DNA from: a virus
Virus record (IMG/VR): IMGVR_UViG_3300025294_000154
Strand: one strand, 5' to 3'
DNA length: 64,000 nt
Position numbers and translations under genes: made by a program. The notes beneath the pieces are model-generated. The model made no database searches. It saw only the letters and a list, made by a program, of their open reading frames with translations, and was not told the origin of the DNA. Of the stretch, positions 53,388-62,710 are shown one piece after another. Position 1 is the stretch's first letter. Each line of letters starts with the position of its first letter.

Positions 53388-53453
53388 CCCTCGGCCGTCG
53401 CCTCGCCCTCGTAAGGGGCGGCCCTCCTTGGGCGTTCCCCTGCCGTAGACTTG

Positions 53454-53488
53454 GCCCCGTCAGCTCCGGCTGGCGGGGCTTTTCGTTT
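53454..53488 (+). terminator. Intrinsic terminator ending late operon
   Basis: gccccgtcagc-tccg-gctggcggggc-ttttcgttt. Confidence 0.8.
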
Positions 53489-53519
53489 CTCTCCTACCAT
53501 TTGCTAGTCGCGCCGCACG

Positions 53520-53912
53520 GTGCGAAGAGGGACAAGGTGTTGCCTCATTATTAGCCACATGCTTGGTTTGCCTCTGGCCACTCTGGCCGGCCGGCTTACG
53601 TCAAAGGCTTCGATGCGGGCAGCTTTAAGCGTATTGGCTCTAGCAGTGGGTTCGAGCGCGACCATCTTTGCGGTTTGGCTGTCTTTTCAGGGACAGGACC
53701 AAGGCAAAACGCGGCGCGAATGCGAGGCGGCGCCACTATTGCAACCGGAAGTTCCGCCAGTCGCTTTCTGCCAATGTTATGTGGCCCAGATCGACACGGT
53801 CTGGAATCGCCTCTATCGCGCGACGCATTCTTCTGAACGCCGCCAACTCAATATACGGAGCGCGGTCTTCGAGTGCACGGCGCTTGCACTCAGGACCGTC
53901 AACGTTCGCTGA
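53520..53912 (+). CDS. Membrane-anchored hypothetical protein (start uncertain)
   Basis: TM segment then C..FCQCY..C. Confidence 0.45.
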   Translation: MRRGTRCCLIISHMLGLPLATLAGRLTSKASMRAALSVLALAVGSSATIFAVWLSFQGQDQGKTRRECEAAPLLQPEVPPVAFCQCYVAQIDTVWNRLYRATHSSERRQLNIRSAVFECTALALRTVNVR

Positions 53913-53923
53913 TCGAGGACTGC

Positions 53924-54139
53924 ATGCCGTTCTCGTCATTTACTGATCCCGCCGATCTAGCACGCGTCCAAGGGGCTCTCGACGCCGCTTGGGAGCGCAT
54001 CAGGCCGTTCGTCGATGAAGCGGATCAAGAACGTGAACGGGTTCGCCTCGCGTATATCGTCGCTGCTTACGCCCTGGCCGCCTTTGATGAAGAAGACCTT
54101 GCTGAACGCGCATGGAAGCGGTTTTGGAACAATTCCTAA
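53924..54139 (+). CDS. Small helical hypothetical protein
   Basis: MPFSSFTDPADLARVQGALDAAW; GAGGA RBS. Confidence 0.6.
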   Translation: MPFSSFTDPADLARVQGALDAAWERIRPFVDEADQERERVRLAYIVAAYALAAFDEEDLAERAWKRFWNNS

Positions 54140-54193
54140 AAGAGCATGTCGTTCCTGTGGGCCGGGCCCGTGGCGTACCGCCAGAGCGACCCT

Positions 54194-54412
54194 CTATCTC
54201 TTGAGCAGCTTCTCGGCCGCTATACCAAGCGCCGATTCCGCCACGGCGTCGAGCGTCTTAGCCTGCTCGTCCAACTGCTCCGCCATTGCCCGGAGCATCG
54301 CGCGCCGAGCTTTGCACTTCGGATCCGTGTCGGCGATCGCCTGAGCCATTGCTTTCGCAAATGCATCGAGAGCCGCGCGGAGGTCTTCGTCAGTGGCGTG
54401 AGCGTCGTTCAA
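54194..54412 (-). CDS. Small hypothetical protein
   Basis: 72-aa helical ORF. Confidence 0.45.
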   Translation of the reverse strand: MNDAHATDEDLRAALDAFAKAMAQAIADTDPKCKARRAMLRAMAEQLDEQAKTLDAVAESALGIAAEKLLKR

Positions 54413-54466
54413 TGCAGCGCCTTCCTTCCGGCCTCGGTTTGAAGAAGCCGGCCTTTCTGTTTCGCG

Positions 54467-54679
54467 TCAATGCTTCAGCGCGCGGGCCTCTGCCGCCAGC
54501 GCGAGCAGCCCCTTTCCGAGTTCCTCGGCGATGAAGGGGTCACAGCCGAAGGCGATCGGTTCACGGTCGCTGTATCGGAAGACGACCACGATCTTTCCAG
54601 TCGGCTCGTGGTGGCCTGCTTCCCAGGCGCGGACCTCGACGATGTCGAACTCTTCCTTTGGCACATCAGCCTCCGTCAT
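54467..54679 (-). CDS. Small hypothetical protein
   Basis: 70-aa ORF with protein-like composition. Confidence 0.5.
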   Translation of the reverse strand: MTEADVPKEEFDIVEVRAWEAGHHEPTGKIVVVFRYSDREPIAFGCDPFIAEELGKGLLALAAEARALKH

Positions 54680-54716
54680 TCCTGGCCTCGCATGGTGCAG
54701 GGAAGGGCTCAGCTTG

Positions 54717-54959
54717 TCATTCCGCTTCGCAGCGCGTCAGCATCTTTCCCGATGGCGTCGCGAAGTAGCACTCGTCCTCGTAGTGGACCGGAGTTCCATC
54801 CTCGAGTGTGTAGGAAACGAGCTGCAGGCCCGGCCAGTCACGCCACACGATGACCTTGTACCGAGTACCATCTTCATCGCGGCAATTCTCCGTTCGGAGG
54901 ACCCGCTTGACCGGGGCGGGCTTCCGATGCTCCTCGGTAGATCTCCAGATCGCGACCAT
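54717..54959 (-). CDS. Small hypothetical protein
   Basis: MVAIWRS...YTLEDGTPV; GAGG upstream. Confidence 0.5.
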   Translation of the reverse strand: MVAIWRSTEEHRKPAPVKRVLRTENCRDEDGTRYKVIVWRDWPGLQLVSYTLEDGTPVHYEDECYFATPSGKMLTRCEAE

Positions 54960-55078
54960 GATGGACCTCACGCAACACACTGACGGGTGATAACCCCCGC
55001 GCGCGGCAGGCAGTTCCGCCAGGGAACGATTCCGGCTTCCGCCCGTTCGCGACTCGTTGCGTTGCGGAGTTGCGTTCA

Positions 55079-56113
55079 ATGTGTGCGCGTCGGGTTCTCA
55101 GAGCCGGACTGGGCGTCGATACCCTCAAAGGGCCGGCGCGCCGCAAAAGGCCTGAGCGCGACCTCTTCGTCGATCCGATGCCCGATCGGGTCGAGCCTTG
55201 CCTGGCGCAGCTCCAGAGCAAGGCGCCGATCGGTGACGATTGGGCCTTCGAGGTGAAGTGGGACGGCTATCGTCTTGCGGTTCACATCATCGGCAAGCGC
55301 GTCCGGATCATCACCCGAGGCGGACATGACTGGACGCCTCGCTTTCCGACGATCGCGCATGATGCGCTTGAACTGGGGCTCGATAGCGCGATCCTCGATG
55401 GCGAGGCCGTCGTGCTCGACGAGCGCGGCGCCTCTGATTTCGGAGCGCTGCAAAAGGCTCTGGGCGGTCGTGGTGGCAAGCGCTTCGCGGCCGAAGCCAG
55501 GCTCTACGCCTTCGATCTCCTCTATCTCAATGGCCACGACCTGCGCGATCAGCCGCTGACCGAGCGGCGTGAGATGCTCGCCGATGTGCTGGCAGCGCAA
55601 CCGCATGCGTCGATCGGCCTGAGCGAGGAGATCGATGCCGAGGGCTCCGCGTTCCTGAAGCGTGCTTGCGAGCTCGGGCTTGAGGGCATTATCGCGAAGC
55701 GGCGATCGGCGCCCTATCGATCCGGCCGGGGCGGCGACTGGCTCAAGATCAAATGCATCCAGTCGGAGAGCTTCGCCATCATTGGCTATGAGCCTTCGGC
55801 CATTGCACTTGGCGGCATCGGCCGGCTGCTGCTTGCCGCGCGAAAAGGCGATGGCTTCGTCTATGTCGGAGGCGTCGGGACAGGCTTCACCCAGGCCAGC
55901 GGCACAGCACTGCGCAAGCAGATGGACAGGCTCATCATCGACAAGCCGGCGCTGGCCATGCCGGTGCGTAAGAAGGGCTACCGCTGGATCAAGCCCGAGC
56001 TGATCGCGGAGATTGCGCTGCGTGGCTGGACCGATGATGGGAAGCTACGGCACGCCTCCTACAAGGGCCTGCGCGAAGATGCGGACGAGGTAGGCATCTT
56101 CCGCCTCGGCTAG
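55079..56113 (+). CDS. ATP-dependent DNA ligase (LigD ligase domain only)
   Basis: EVKWDGYR, LDGEAV, YAFDLL, EGIIAKR, WLKIK, LRHASYKGLRED. Confidence 0.93.
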   Translation: MCARRVLRAGLGVDTLKGPARRKRPERDLFVDPMPDRVEPCLAQLQSKAPIGDDWAFEVKWDGYRLAVHIIGKRVRIITRGGHDWTPRFPTIAHDALELGLDSAILDGEAVVLDERGASDFGALQKALGGRGGKRFAAEARLYAFDLLYLNGHDLRDQPLTERREMLADVLAAQPHASIGLSEEIDAEGSAFLKRACELGLEGIIAKRRSAPYRSGRGGDWLKIKCIQSESFAIIGYEPSAIALGGIGRLLLAARKGDGFVYVGGVGTGFTQASGTALRKQMDRLIIDKPALAMPVRKKGYRWIKPELIAEIALRGWTDDGKLRHASYKGLREDADEVGIFRLG

Positions 56114-56174
56114 TCGTGGCGGGAACAACCGTTCGACCAAATCGCTTTCTCAACTGAACGGGAAAGCTCGACTG

Positions 56175-56381
56175 ATGGCCGACAAGAAGAACACTGGTGC
56201 TCCGGCCGAGGCGACCAACTTGATCGACCTCCCGCACGGTGACGGACAGATCGCCAGGCTTGGCCATGAACTCGCTACGATCTTTGTCGCTCTACCACCG
56301 AACGACCGACGCCTTTTGCTCGATCTCGCGCGGGCGCTGGCGAGGAAAGTTCCGCAGGATGGAACGATTGATGGCGAGTAG
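56175..56381 (+). CDS. Small hypothetical protein
   Basis: 68-aa ORF. Confidence 0.45.
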   Translation: MADKKNTGAPAEATNLIDLPHGDGQIARLGHELATIFVALPPNDRRLLLDLARALARKVPQDGTIDGE

Positions 56382-56440
56382 CGGTTTAGCCGGCATTCGC
56401 TCAATTTGAGCTAATCCGGTTCGTTCCGAGAGGTCATGCA

Positions 56441-56632
56441 ATGCCACCGGACCCTGACGGCAAGCGGCATGCCGCTCCTCGACTTCAAAGCGACGACGAC
56501 ATTGCAGACCATCTGATGCAAGCCAGGCAGCTAGCGGCAGATAATAGCGATAAGGTCCTCGTTCATTTCATCGACATGGCGCTTTACGAGCTCGCCCACC
56601 GCAGCGTGCGCAAACCGTTAGACGGGCACTGA
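56441..56632 (+). CDS. Small hypothetical protein
   Basis: 63-aa helical ORF (LVHFIDMALYE); GAGG upstream. Confidence 0.5.
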   Translation: MPPDPDGKRHAAPRLQSDDDIADHLMQARQLAADNSDKVLVHFIDMALYELAHRSVRKPLDGH

Positions 56633-56645
56633 ACCCTTTCGGCAC

Positions 56646-56909
56646 CTATGCCGTATTACGATGCGCCTTTAGCGCAGCATAACGCTCGATCTCGGCGCGA
56701 AGGCGGGCCACCGCCGTGTCGCCTCGGATGTTCTTGATCCCTCGCATCCCTTCCTTTTCTCCGTCGAGTGCACGGTTGCGATCTGCAAGCGGCAAGCCGG
56801 CGAGAAAGCGAACCTCACATTCGTGCTGCCATTCCTCCGACCAGGTCGAGACCTCGCAGCCGGCGAGAATTGAGAAGACGTGAGGCGGGTTGTCGGGCGG
56901 GAACGGCAT
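56646..56909 (-). CDS. Small phage hypothetical protein
   Basis: TWSEEWQHECEVR..RG..ARLRAEI pattern. Confidence 0.6.
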   Translation of the reverse strand: MPFPPDNPPHVFSILAGCEVSTWSEEWQHECEVRFLAGLPLADRNRALDGEKEGMRGIKNIRGDTAVARLRAEIERYAALKAHRNTA

Positions 56910-56933
56910 CGGCGAATCTCTGGGCGGTGGTGC

Positions 56934-57257
56934 TTACCAATAGCCCTTTTGAGCTCGACCGGAGTCGCGCTTCCTCCCTCGTCCACGGATCCATTTATGC
57001 CCGACCCGATCGCGGGGGTCGAAGTCCTCCCCCTTGATCGCATCACGAAACCGCTCCGCCTGTTCTCGATCGGCGAAGCAGAAAACCTCATAGCTTCGCG
57101 TTCCGTCGTTAACCTGGTGACGGATCCTGCAGAGGCTCGACAGTGGCCCCGACGTATTGAAGTAGCCAAGGCCGCGACCCTCAGCCATTGGGACCGCGAC
57201 CTGATAGGGGAATTGCTGGTTGATCTGCGTGTTGCTCGGTTGGCCTCTCGCCCTCAT
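56934..57257 (-). CDS. Hypothetical protein
   Basis: INQQFPYQVAV..VFCFADREQAERF..GEDFDP; GAGG RBS. Confidence 0.6.
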   Translation of the reverse strand: MRARGQPSNTQINQQFPYQVAVPMAEGRGLGYFNTSGPLSSLCRIRHQVNDGTRSYEVFCFADREQAERFRDAIKGEDFDPRDRVGHKWIRGRGRKRDSGRAQKGYW

Positions 57258-57264
57258 CGCAACC

Positions 57265-57519
57265 TCATAGCGCCCTGATCTGCTCCTCAAACTCCTCCGG
57301 GATCGCGCCGTGACGCGCCAGGACATCGAGCGCGCTGACCTCGCCCGTCTCATCATCCGCCGTGACGTGGATCACGGCGACCCCCTCGGCGGTTTTCCCC
57401 AGGCGCTCGCCCTCGTTCAACGCATGGTGCTTGGTCTTGGCGAGCACGCGCTGCGCTGGGACGAGCCGCTTCCGATGCGTCTTGAAGGGCTGGAGGAAGA
57501 ACGTGTCGACGCTGGCCAT
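57265..57519 (-). CDS. Hypothetical protein divergent from SOS box
   Basis: GAGGAG RBS; 84 aa. Confidence 0.6.
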   Translation of the reverse strand: MASVDTFFLQPFKTHRKRLVPAQRVLAKTKHHALNEGERLGKTAEGVAVIHVTADDETGEVSALDVLARHGAIPEEFEEQIRAL

Positions 57520-57542
57520 GGCTTGACTCCTCGATCTAGTTT

Positions 57543-57557
57543 GTTCTCATTACGTTC
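57543..57557. promoter_or_regulatory. Alphaproteobacterial LexA (SOS) box
   Basis: GTTC-TCATTAC-GTTC exact match, 21 bp before the operon holding the UmuDC-like genes. Confidence 0.88.
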
Positions 57558-57578
57558 TCATTTTCGAGGACGCAAGCC

Positions 57579-57794
57579 ATGTCGGCGCAGCTGAAGCCAG
57601 AGCCCGTTTCGAATCCCATGGAAGGGCAGGTTGATGCGGTAATCGCGGAGTTTGGTGGCGACGCTCGCGCTGCCGTGCGTGCTCTGCTCCACAATCGCGA
57701 GGAGCTATTGCGCGACGCGGATCGCGCGGCTTCGCTGGGCTATCTGCGGGGTAGGTTTTCGGAGGGAGCGCGGCCCGCCGCGGAACCGGAATAA
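57579..57794 (+). CDS. Small protein, first gene of SOS operon
   Basis: VDAVIAEFGGDARAAVRALL..ASLGY.RG; GAGGA RBS. Confidence 0.7.
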   Translation: MSAQLKPEPVSNPMEGQVDAVIAEFGGDARAAVRALLHNREELLRDADRAASLGYLRGRFSEGARPAAEPE

Positions 57795-58228
57795 TGGCGA
57801 CCGCTATGGAGATGCGTCTCATCGCCTTGGGAGCGCCCATTTTGCTCGCGGTCTTTCGCAAGGCTGTGAGAGCGGGATTCCCGTCGCCGGCAGACGACTA
57901 CCTCGATGCGCCGATCGACCTGTCCCGCGCTCTGATCCAGAACGCGCCAGCTACCTTCATCATGACGGTTGCCGGCGATAGCGCGATCGATGCCGGGATA
58001 TTCGATGGCAGCCTGATTACAGTCGACCGAAGCTTGCAGCCGCGCGACGGGGATCCGGTTGTCGTCGATGTGAACGGCGAACGCTCGGTCAAGATTTTCC
58101 GTCTTGTGGGGGGCCGATTGTGTCTGGCGTTCGGCAACCGTCGCTATCCTGACTACGACCCCGGCCCCGATGCAGACATCGAGGTATTTGGCGTCATCAC
58201 CAACAGCGTAAGGCGCTTCCGGCGATGA
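57794..58228 (+). CDS. umuD: UmuD-like S24 protein
   Basis: [10 protein letters not shown] cleavage region, VAGDSA (Ser), SVK (Lys). Confidence 0.85.
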   Translation: MATAMEMRLIALGAPILLAVFRKAVRAGFPSPADDYLDAPIDLSRALIQNAPATFIMTVAGDSAIDAGIFDGSLITVDRSLQPRDGDPVVVDVNGERSVKIFRLVGGRLCLAFGNRRYPDYDPGPDADIEVFGVITNSVRRFRR

Positions 58229-59517
58229 CCACGAGCTTCGCCCTGATCGACGGCAACAGCTTCTATTGCTCCTGCGAGCGCGTGTTCGACCCCAAGCTCA
58301 AGGGTCGCCCGGTTATCGTGCTATCGAACAACGATGGCTGCGCGGTCGCGCGTACTAGCGAGGCGAAGGCGCTTGGCATCCGTATGGGCGCGCCGATGTT
58401 CACGATCCGCGACCTGGTGAAGCGCGAGGGCGTCGTCGTATTCTCCTCGAACTACACACTCTACGGCGACATGAGCCGCCGGATGAACACCGTCTACCAG
58501 CGGTTCGCTTCGGACATTGAGGTCTACTCGATCGATGAGAGCTTCCTGGACGCGACGCCGATCGAACCGGAATGGCGCGTCGATTGGGGAAAGGATCTCC
58601 GCTCGACCGTCTCGACCTGGACGGGGGTTCCGACCTGTGTCGGCATCGGACCTACGAAGACGCTGGCCAAACTCGCCAACAAGATCGCCAAGGGCACCCC
58701 GCAGCTCGGCGGAGTCTGCGACTTGACCAGCTCGGTGGCCCGCCAAGAGTGGCTTCGGCTCATGCCGCTAGATGACGTGTGGGGAATTGGGGCTGCCAGC
58801 CAGGCCAAGCTCAAGGCATTCGGTTGCAAGACTGCGGCCGATGTCGCAGCCCTCGATCCGAAGCTCGCTCGCCAGACGCTGACTGTCGTGGGCGAGAGGA
58901 TCATCCAGGAGCTGCGCGGCTACGCTTGCATTGACCTCGAGGCGGTCGCCCCAACCCGCAAAGGCTGTGCCGTGACCCGCTCGTTCGCCGGGCGCGTCGA
59001 TAACCTGGAAATGATGCAAGAGGCGATCGCGTCGCACGCGACGCGTCTCGGCGAGAAGCTGCGTCAGCACGGGCTCGCAAGCGACCACGTCACCGTATTT
59101 TATCACACATCGCCCTTCGACGGGGGGCCGGCGCGATCGGTATCGACAACCGTGGATTTCCCGGAAGCCTCGAACGACACGCTCGCTCTGGTCCGCGCCG
59201 CGAAGTGGGGGGCGCGGCGGATATGGAAGCCCGGCTATCGCTATGCCAAGGCCGGCCTGATGACCACAGACCTGGTCCCCCTCGATCTCTCCCAGCGCGC
59301 GCTTATTGGTCCGCTCGATCGAGAGCGGTCAGGTCGACTCATGGCGGCCCTGGACGCCTGCAACGCACGACACGGTCGCGGCGCCGTCTTCCCAGCCGCC
59401 GCCGGCGTAGAGCGTCAACGCAAGGCCTGGACCACGAAGTTTGATCAGCGCTCGCCGCGCTACACCACGCGGCTCGATGAAGTTCCCGTAATCGGCAAAG
59501 GGGCAACCACCCACTAA
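58225..59517 (+). CDS. umuC: UmuC-like Y-family DNA polymerase
   Basis: [43 protein letters not shown]-terminus. Confidence 0.93.
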   Translation: MTTSFALIDGNSFYCSCERVFDPKLKGRPVIVLSNNDGCAVARTSEAKALGIRMGAPMFTIRDLVKREGVVVFSSNYTLYGDMSRRMNTVYQRFASDIEVYSIDESFLDATPIEPEWRVDWGKDLRSTVSTWTGVPTCVGIGPTKTLAKLANKIAKGTPQLGGVCDLTSSVARQEWLRLMPLDDVWGIGAASQAKLKAFGCKTAADVAALDPKLARQTLTVVGERIIQELRGYACIDLEAVAPTRKGCAVTRSFAGRVDNLEMMQEAIASHATRLGEKLRQHGLASDHVTVFYHTSPFDGGPARSVSTTVDFPEASNDTLALVRAAKWGARRIWKPGYRYAKAGLMTTDLVPLDLSQRALIGPLDRERSGRLMAALDACNARHGRGAVFPAAAGVERQRKAWTTKFDQRSPRYTTRLDEVPVIGKGATTH

Positions 59518-59528
59518 AGGAGGCGAGC

Positions 59529-59834
59529 GTGACCTTTGATCCAAACGCCTACATCAGCTCCGAATACGTCAACCCGAGCGCGATCGATGGGGTTATCAGG
59601 TCGTTGAGGGAGACGCGCGACCAAGGCCATATCGGCGGATGCTCAGTGGATGACTTCAGCCCGACGACAGGCATGAATTGGCTGAACGCGATGGCCGAGC
59701 ACTACGACTGCGAGGTTAGCGGCCCGTACCTGGGCGACCCGGACTGTGGTGGCGATTACTACCTGTTTCATCACAGGCCGAAGCCGCCGATCCCGCAGGG
59801 GGACTTGTTCGAGCACTCGCAGGATGCAGGATAG
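59529..59834 (+). CDS. Hypothetical protein
   Basis: AGGAGG RBS; between umuC and SRAP. Confidence 0.6.
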   Translation: MTFDPNAYISSEYVNPSAIDGVIRSLRETRDQGHIGGCSVDDFSPTTGMNWLNAMAEHYDCEVSGPYLGDPDCGGDYYLFHHRPKPPIPQGDLFEHSQDAG

Positions 59835-59852
59835 CCTGACGGCGGAGGCCCC

Positions 59853-60608
59853 ATGTGCAATCTCTACAGCCACACCCGGAACGTCGAGGCGATCAGGAAG
59901 CTATTCGCCAATTTCAACGATGCCGGCGTGAACGTGCCGCCGCTGCCAGGAATCTTCCCGGATTATGCCGCGCCGATCGTCCGGAACGACGAGGGCGGCC
60001 CGCGCCTGGCGATGACGCGCTGGGGTATGCCGTCATCGAAGAAGGCCCTTCTGGACGCGGCGACGAAGCGCGCCGACAAGCTGCGGGCGAAAGGCAAAGA
60101 TGTCGACTTCGACCTGATGCTCCGGATGGAGCCTGACGGCGGTACGACGAACGTCCGCAACACCTCGAGCTCGCATTGGAAGCGCTGGCTGGGCGTCGAG
60201 AGCCGGTGCCTCGTGCCGTTCAACAGCTTCAGCGAATTCGACTGGAGCACGAAGCAGGACATCTGGTTCGCCTTCGGCGAGGAGCGGCCCACGGCGTTCT
60301 TCGCCGGCATCTGGGCGCGCCAATGGACCAGCGTGCGCAAGATCAAGACTGGCGAGGAGACGATCGATCTCTATGCCTTTCTGACGACCGATCCGAATGC
60401 CGAGGTTGGTGCCGTCCACCCGAAGGCTATGCCGGTCATTCTGACGACGCCCGAGGAATGCGAGACCTGGATGACGGCGCCGTGGGAGGAGGCGAGGGCG
60501 CTGCAACGCCCTCTGCCGGATGGCTCCCTGGATATCGTCGCGCGAGGCGGCAAGAAGGACGGCGAGAGCGGCGAAGTGGATCGGCCGGCGCAAGCCTCCC
60601 TGCTTTAG
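59853..60608 (+). CDS. SOS response-associated peptidase (SRAP/HMCES)
   Basis: N-terminal MCNLY (catalytic Cys2), [17 protein letters not shown]. Confidence 0.93.
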   Translation: MCNLYSHTRNVEAIRKLFANFNDAGVNVPPLPGIFPDYAAPIVRNDEGGPRLAMTRWGMPSSKKALLDAATKRADKLRAKGKDVDFDLMLRMEPDGGTTNVRNTSSSHWKRWLGVESRCLVPFNSFSEFDWSTKQDIWFAFGEERPTAFFAGIWARQWTSVRKIKTGEETIDLYAFLTTDPNAEVGAVHPKAMPVILTTPEECETWMTAPWEEARALQRPLPDGSLDIVARGGKKDGESGEVDRPAQASLL

Positions 60609-60739
60609 CCAAACAGCGCAGACCAGAGCTTCCGAGCTTGGCCGAAGAATAGCGCCCACCAGACCAGCGATCCGGCTACCAGCGGAACCAGCAGCCACCA
60701 TCGAGCGATGAAGGATCGCGGTTGCCGCTGTCGCCTCAT
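60605..60739 (-). CDS. Small membrane peptide (44 aa)
   Basis: [44 protein letters not shown]; ATGA-coupled. Confidence 0.55.
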   Translation of the reverse strand: MRRQRQPRSFIARWWLLVPLVAGSLVWWALFFGQARKLWSALFG

Positions 60740-60828
60740 CGCCAAGCCCCAGTCAGCCACCCATACACCCCTACGAACACCAGAGCCATAAACGCGAGGG
60801 CGATGGTGAAGCCGTTGGCGCGGGTCAT
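60736..60828 (-). CDS. Small membrane peptide (30 aa)
   Basis: [30 protein letters not shown]; ATGA overlaps on both sides. Confidence 0.55.
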   Translation of the reverse strand: MTRANGFTIALAFMALVFVGVYGWLTGAWR

Positions 60829-61142
60829 GGGGTCACATTATATCTGCTCGCATCTGGATCGCCTACGCCGCCAGCAAGGCCGTCATCGCATAGCGCATCG
60901 AGATCATCGCCACCTTCGACTGACATCTCTTCCGGCCGATATGCATTGCCATCGCGCAGCCAGCGATAACGGGTCGCGTCGCGTTCGATCGCGGCGTATT
61001 TCTGACGCTCTTGCTTGATCGCCATCGCAGCGTAGTAGACCATGCTGCCGCGCATGCTCTTGCCGGGCTCCACATCCATCTGCGGAATCAAGTCTTCCGC
61101 TACGGCCAGGATATCGTCTGGTATTGTCGGATGGCTGTCCAT
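60825..61142 (-). CDS. Phage hypothetical protein
   Basis: ERDATRYRWLRD motif common in phage accessory proteins. Confidence 0.65.
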   Translation of the reverse strand: MDSHPTIPDDILAVAEDLIPQMDVEPGKSMRGSMVYYAAMAIKQERQKYAAIERDATRYRWLRDGNAYRPEEMSVEGGDDLDALCDDGLAGGVGDPDASRYNVTP

Positions 61143-61143
61143 C

Positions 61144-61725
61144 TCACTCTCCCTGCGCCCGGATGGCTGCGGCACGCCAGATCTCAGCTTCGTTGTACCA
61201 ATGCCGTGCGGATTCTCGCGCGTTCACGAGGGCAAGAGAAGGCGGCCCTTGAGCGGGGTCTATCGTACCCTCCCTGATCGTTGTGAGGCGTGCGGCTAAT
61301 TTGGAACGATCCCTGATATGGTCAGCGATACAACGCGCGGCTGTTCGATACCCGCTATCCCATTCGTTGTCTGGGTTGCCGACTTGCGAGAGACCGTCTG
61401 CGATTTGCGTTAGCTTCTCCCTCTCCGCAGCGAGCGCTGCTTCGGCGGCTAGGGCGCGGGATTCGGCTACCTCAAGCTTAACCGTAAGGTTCTGGATATC
61501 GCGCGGGAAGTCCCACACGCTGTTGAGCCGCAAGGTCTCGCGAAGACGCTCCTTCTCCGCCAGGATCGGGGCGAAGAGGTCGAGGATGGCGCGAGCAAGC
61601 TCGGTGGCGTCCTGAAGCTGTTCTCGGGGCCATGTGCTCGTGCCGATATTGATGCCGGAGTCGAGAAGCGCCCGCGCAATCTCGCGCTCCCCCGGCATCG
61701 CGGCAGGGGCTGTGTCAGCGCTCAT
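61144..61725 (-). CDS. Phage hypothetical protein
   Basis: AESRALAAEAALAAER; ends AAAIRAQGE; coupled. Confidence 0.6.
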   Translation of the reverse strand: MSADTAPAAMPGEREIARALLDSGINIGTSTWPREQLQDATELARAILDLFAPILAEKERLRETLRLNSVWDFPRDIQNLTVKLEVAESRALAAEAALAAEREKLTQIADGLSQVGNPDNEWDSGYRTAARCIADHIRDRSKLAARLTTIREGTIDPAQGPPSLALVNARESARHWYNEAEIWRAAAIRAQGE

Positions 61726-61963
61726 CGCGGGGCTCCAAGGCGGCGCGACCGGCGGGGGTGAGTGCGAAAGCCGAAAAGGCGAATCGCAAGCGGCGGTCTG
61801 GGCCAAGTTCTGCGCCAACGCATTCGACATAGCCGAGAGCGGTCAAACGCTTAGTAACGAAGCGCATATCGGGCGCGACGCCATCGCACGGGAACAGGCT
61901 AACTGGCTCGTGTTTCTGGACCCACTCAAGCGCTTTACGCTGCGCCTTCGTCAGCTCACCCAT
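61715..61963 (-). CDS. Small winged-helix-like phage protein
   Basis: LTKAQRKAL..RLTALGYVE..LTPAGRAAL. Confidence 0.6.
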   Translation of the reverse strand: MGELTKAQRKALEWVQKHEPVSLFPCDGVAPDMRFVTKRLTALGYVECVGAELGPDRRLRFAFSAFALTPAGRAALEPRDER

Positions 61964-62417
61964 GTGTGTCTTCCTCCTTCGGCATGGCGGGGCGGGAGGG
62001 GGATTTTGAGTGCGCATCCGCGAGACCTGAGGGGGCGTTCTCCAGAGCCTGATCGAGTGCGCCCTGCGCTTTCGCCAGAAGCTCTCCGTTACGGCGCAGA
62101 ACTTCGCCGTTCTCCGCGATAAGGCGGCTGGTTTCATTTTGCTCGACAAGATCGCAAAGCAATTGCTCGGCAGACCGGGGATCTCTCGGCTTGAGCAACT
62201 CCTCCTCGTGCTCCGTCAGGATGTCCGCCACATTCGGGCCTTCGTGCTCGTAATCGCGCGGATCATAGAGCCCGCGCTCGTGCAGCCAGCCGAGCACGTC
62301 GTTCGCGATTTCCTCGTGCGCTTCGGCCCGTTGTTGCTCGATCGGGTCGACAATTTTGACCCGTGAGAAAACGCTCTTGAGGACATTCAGGATCATGTCT
62401 TCCGTAATCTCAGCCAT
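61956..62417 (-). CDS. Phage hypothetical protein
   Basis: 153 aa; overlapping neighbours. Confidence 0.6.
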   Translation of the reverse strand: MAEITEDMILNVLKSVFSRVKIVDPIEQQRAEAHEEIANDVLGWLHERGLYDPRDYEHEGPNVADILTEHEEELLKPRDPRSAEQLLCDLVEQNETSRLIAENGEVLRRNGELLAKAQGALDQALENAPSGLADAHSKSPSRPAMPKEEDTHG

Positions 62418-62509
62418 CTGCCCGATCCTCCTGGGCGGCGGGACGCGCCTTGCAGGCTTTCATTCGCTCCGCGAACTGTTCGTCTTCGTTGCCAATCCAG
62501 TTAATTGAC

Positions 62510-62710
62510 TTAGTCATCAGCACCCCCCTCGTCCTGAAGTTCGCTGACCCGCTGCTCCGCCTCTAACATGCGATCCAGCATGTCCTCGAAAGCGCTCTTG
62601 AGGCCGAAATCGCGAGAATATCCGGCAAGCTCTAGAGCTTCAGGAGCCCAATCAGGCTCGACCTCACTAGGTTCTGGCCGGAGTCTCGCGGATGCCACAT
62701 AAGATCCCAT
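62510..62710 (-). CDS. Small phage hypothetical protein
   Basis: MGSYVASARL...; start overlaps upstream stop. Confidence 0.5.
   Translation of the reverse strand: MGSYVASARLRPEPSEVEPDWAPEALELAGYSRDFGLKSAFEDMLDRMLEAEQRVSELQDEGGADD

Noticed and set aside
55045-55059. Possible SOS box GTTC-N7-GTTG before the ligase
   Set aside because: One mismatch in a critical position; could be chance
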